Below, piece after piece: positions 63,792-64,000 of a stretch of DNA of 64,000 bases (within the stretch, counting starts at the first letter, position 1; each line of letters opens with the position of its first letter). The DNA lies in contig OY760937.1 of assembly GCA_963664225.1 (NCBI GenBank), forward strand, positions 5,134,744-5,198,743. Direction: 5' to 3'. Source of the stretch: Verrucomicrobiia bacterium. Lineage in GTDB: Bacteria; Verrucomicrobiota; Verrucomicrobiia; Limisphaerales; UBA1319. The position numbers and the translations under genes are program-made. The notes under the pieces were generated by a model that worked only from the letters and a program-made list of their open reading frames with translations, was not told where the DNA came from and ran no database searches.

Positions 63792-64000
63792 ATGTATTTT
63801 GGAGTCGATTACTACCCTGAACATTGGACCTTCCCTTACGCAGGAACTCCTGAAGAACCCGAGAGCCGTTGGGAAACGGACGCTCTTTTGATGGAGGAAG
63901 CGGGGATTAATGTGGTGAGGATGGGCGAATTTGCCTGGGGCATGTATGAGCCAAGCGAGGGCGATTTTCATTTCGATTGGATGCGGCGGGCCATGGACAC
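63792..64000 (+). CDS. Beta-galactosidase, glycoside hydrolase family 42 (5' partial)
   Basis: MYFGVDYYPEHW...RMGEFAWGMYEPSEGDFHFDW matches the GH42 N-terminus; truncated by the window end. Confidence 0.7.
   Translation, partial: MYFGVDYYPEHWTFPYAGTPEEPESRWETDALLMEEAGINVVRMGEFAWGMYEPSEGDFHFDWMRRAMD

Overview
This 64-kb window looks like a chromosomal segment from a GC-rich bacterium with many genes lacking a Shine-Dalgarno sequence; I would guess Verrucomicrobia or Planctomycetes, but this is inference only. It mixes housekeeping genes (nusA, dnaK, groES, groEL, a sufBCD-sufU-sufT-sufS Fe-S assembly operon behind a Fur-family regulator, gdhA, purE, rpoD-apt, pyrE, mlaEFD, dus, parB, def, guaA) with several accessory loci.

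The accessory content, in window order:
- A secreted ice-binding-like protein (DUF3494 family).
- A six-gene formate-hydrogenlyase/hydrogenase-4-like membrane complex (hyfB/C/E/F/G plus a fused hycF-hycG-type gene). Its 'large subunit' has lost the NiFe-ligating cysteines, so it resembles the Ehr (energy-converting hydrogenase-related) complexes. It is preceded by a translationally coupled HTH + PTS-EIIA-domain regulator.
- A group II intron encoding a reverse transcriptase/maturase, sitting in an intergenic region.
- A MATE efflux transporter and an NfeD-flotillin pair.
- An ECF sigma factor fused to a roughly 7-TM domain and a periplasmic LTXXQ (CpxP/Spy-like) domain. Next to it are a 954-aa discoidin-domain secreted protein, an S8 protease and a hybrid histidine kinase.
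- A PAP2-phosphatase::ArnT-like glycosyltransferase fusion.
- Two roughly 234-bp direct repeats (about 87% identical by eye). Each lies upstream of a minus-strand gene (mlaE, and a 196-aa membrane protein gene). On the minus strand each carries a GGAGG-N7-ATG start for a conserved 12-codon mini-ORF that overlaps a GC hairpin, which suggests a leader-peptide-type cis-regulatory element.

I saw no CRISPR array, rRNA or tRNA gene, transposase or integrase.
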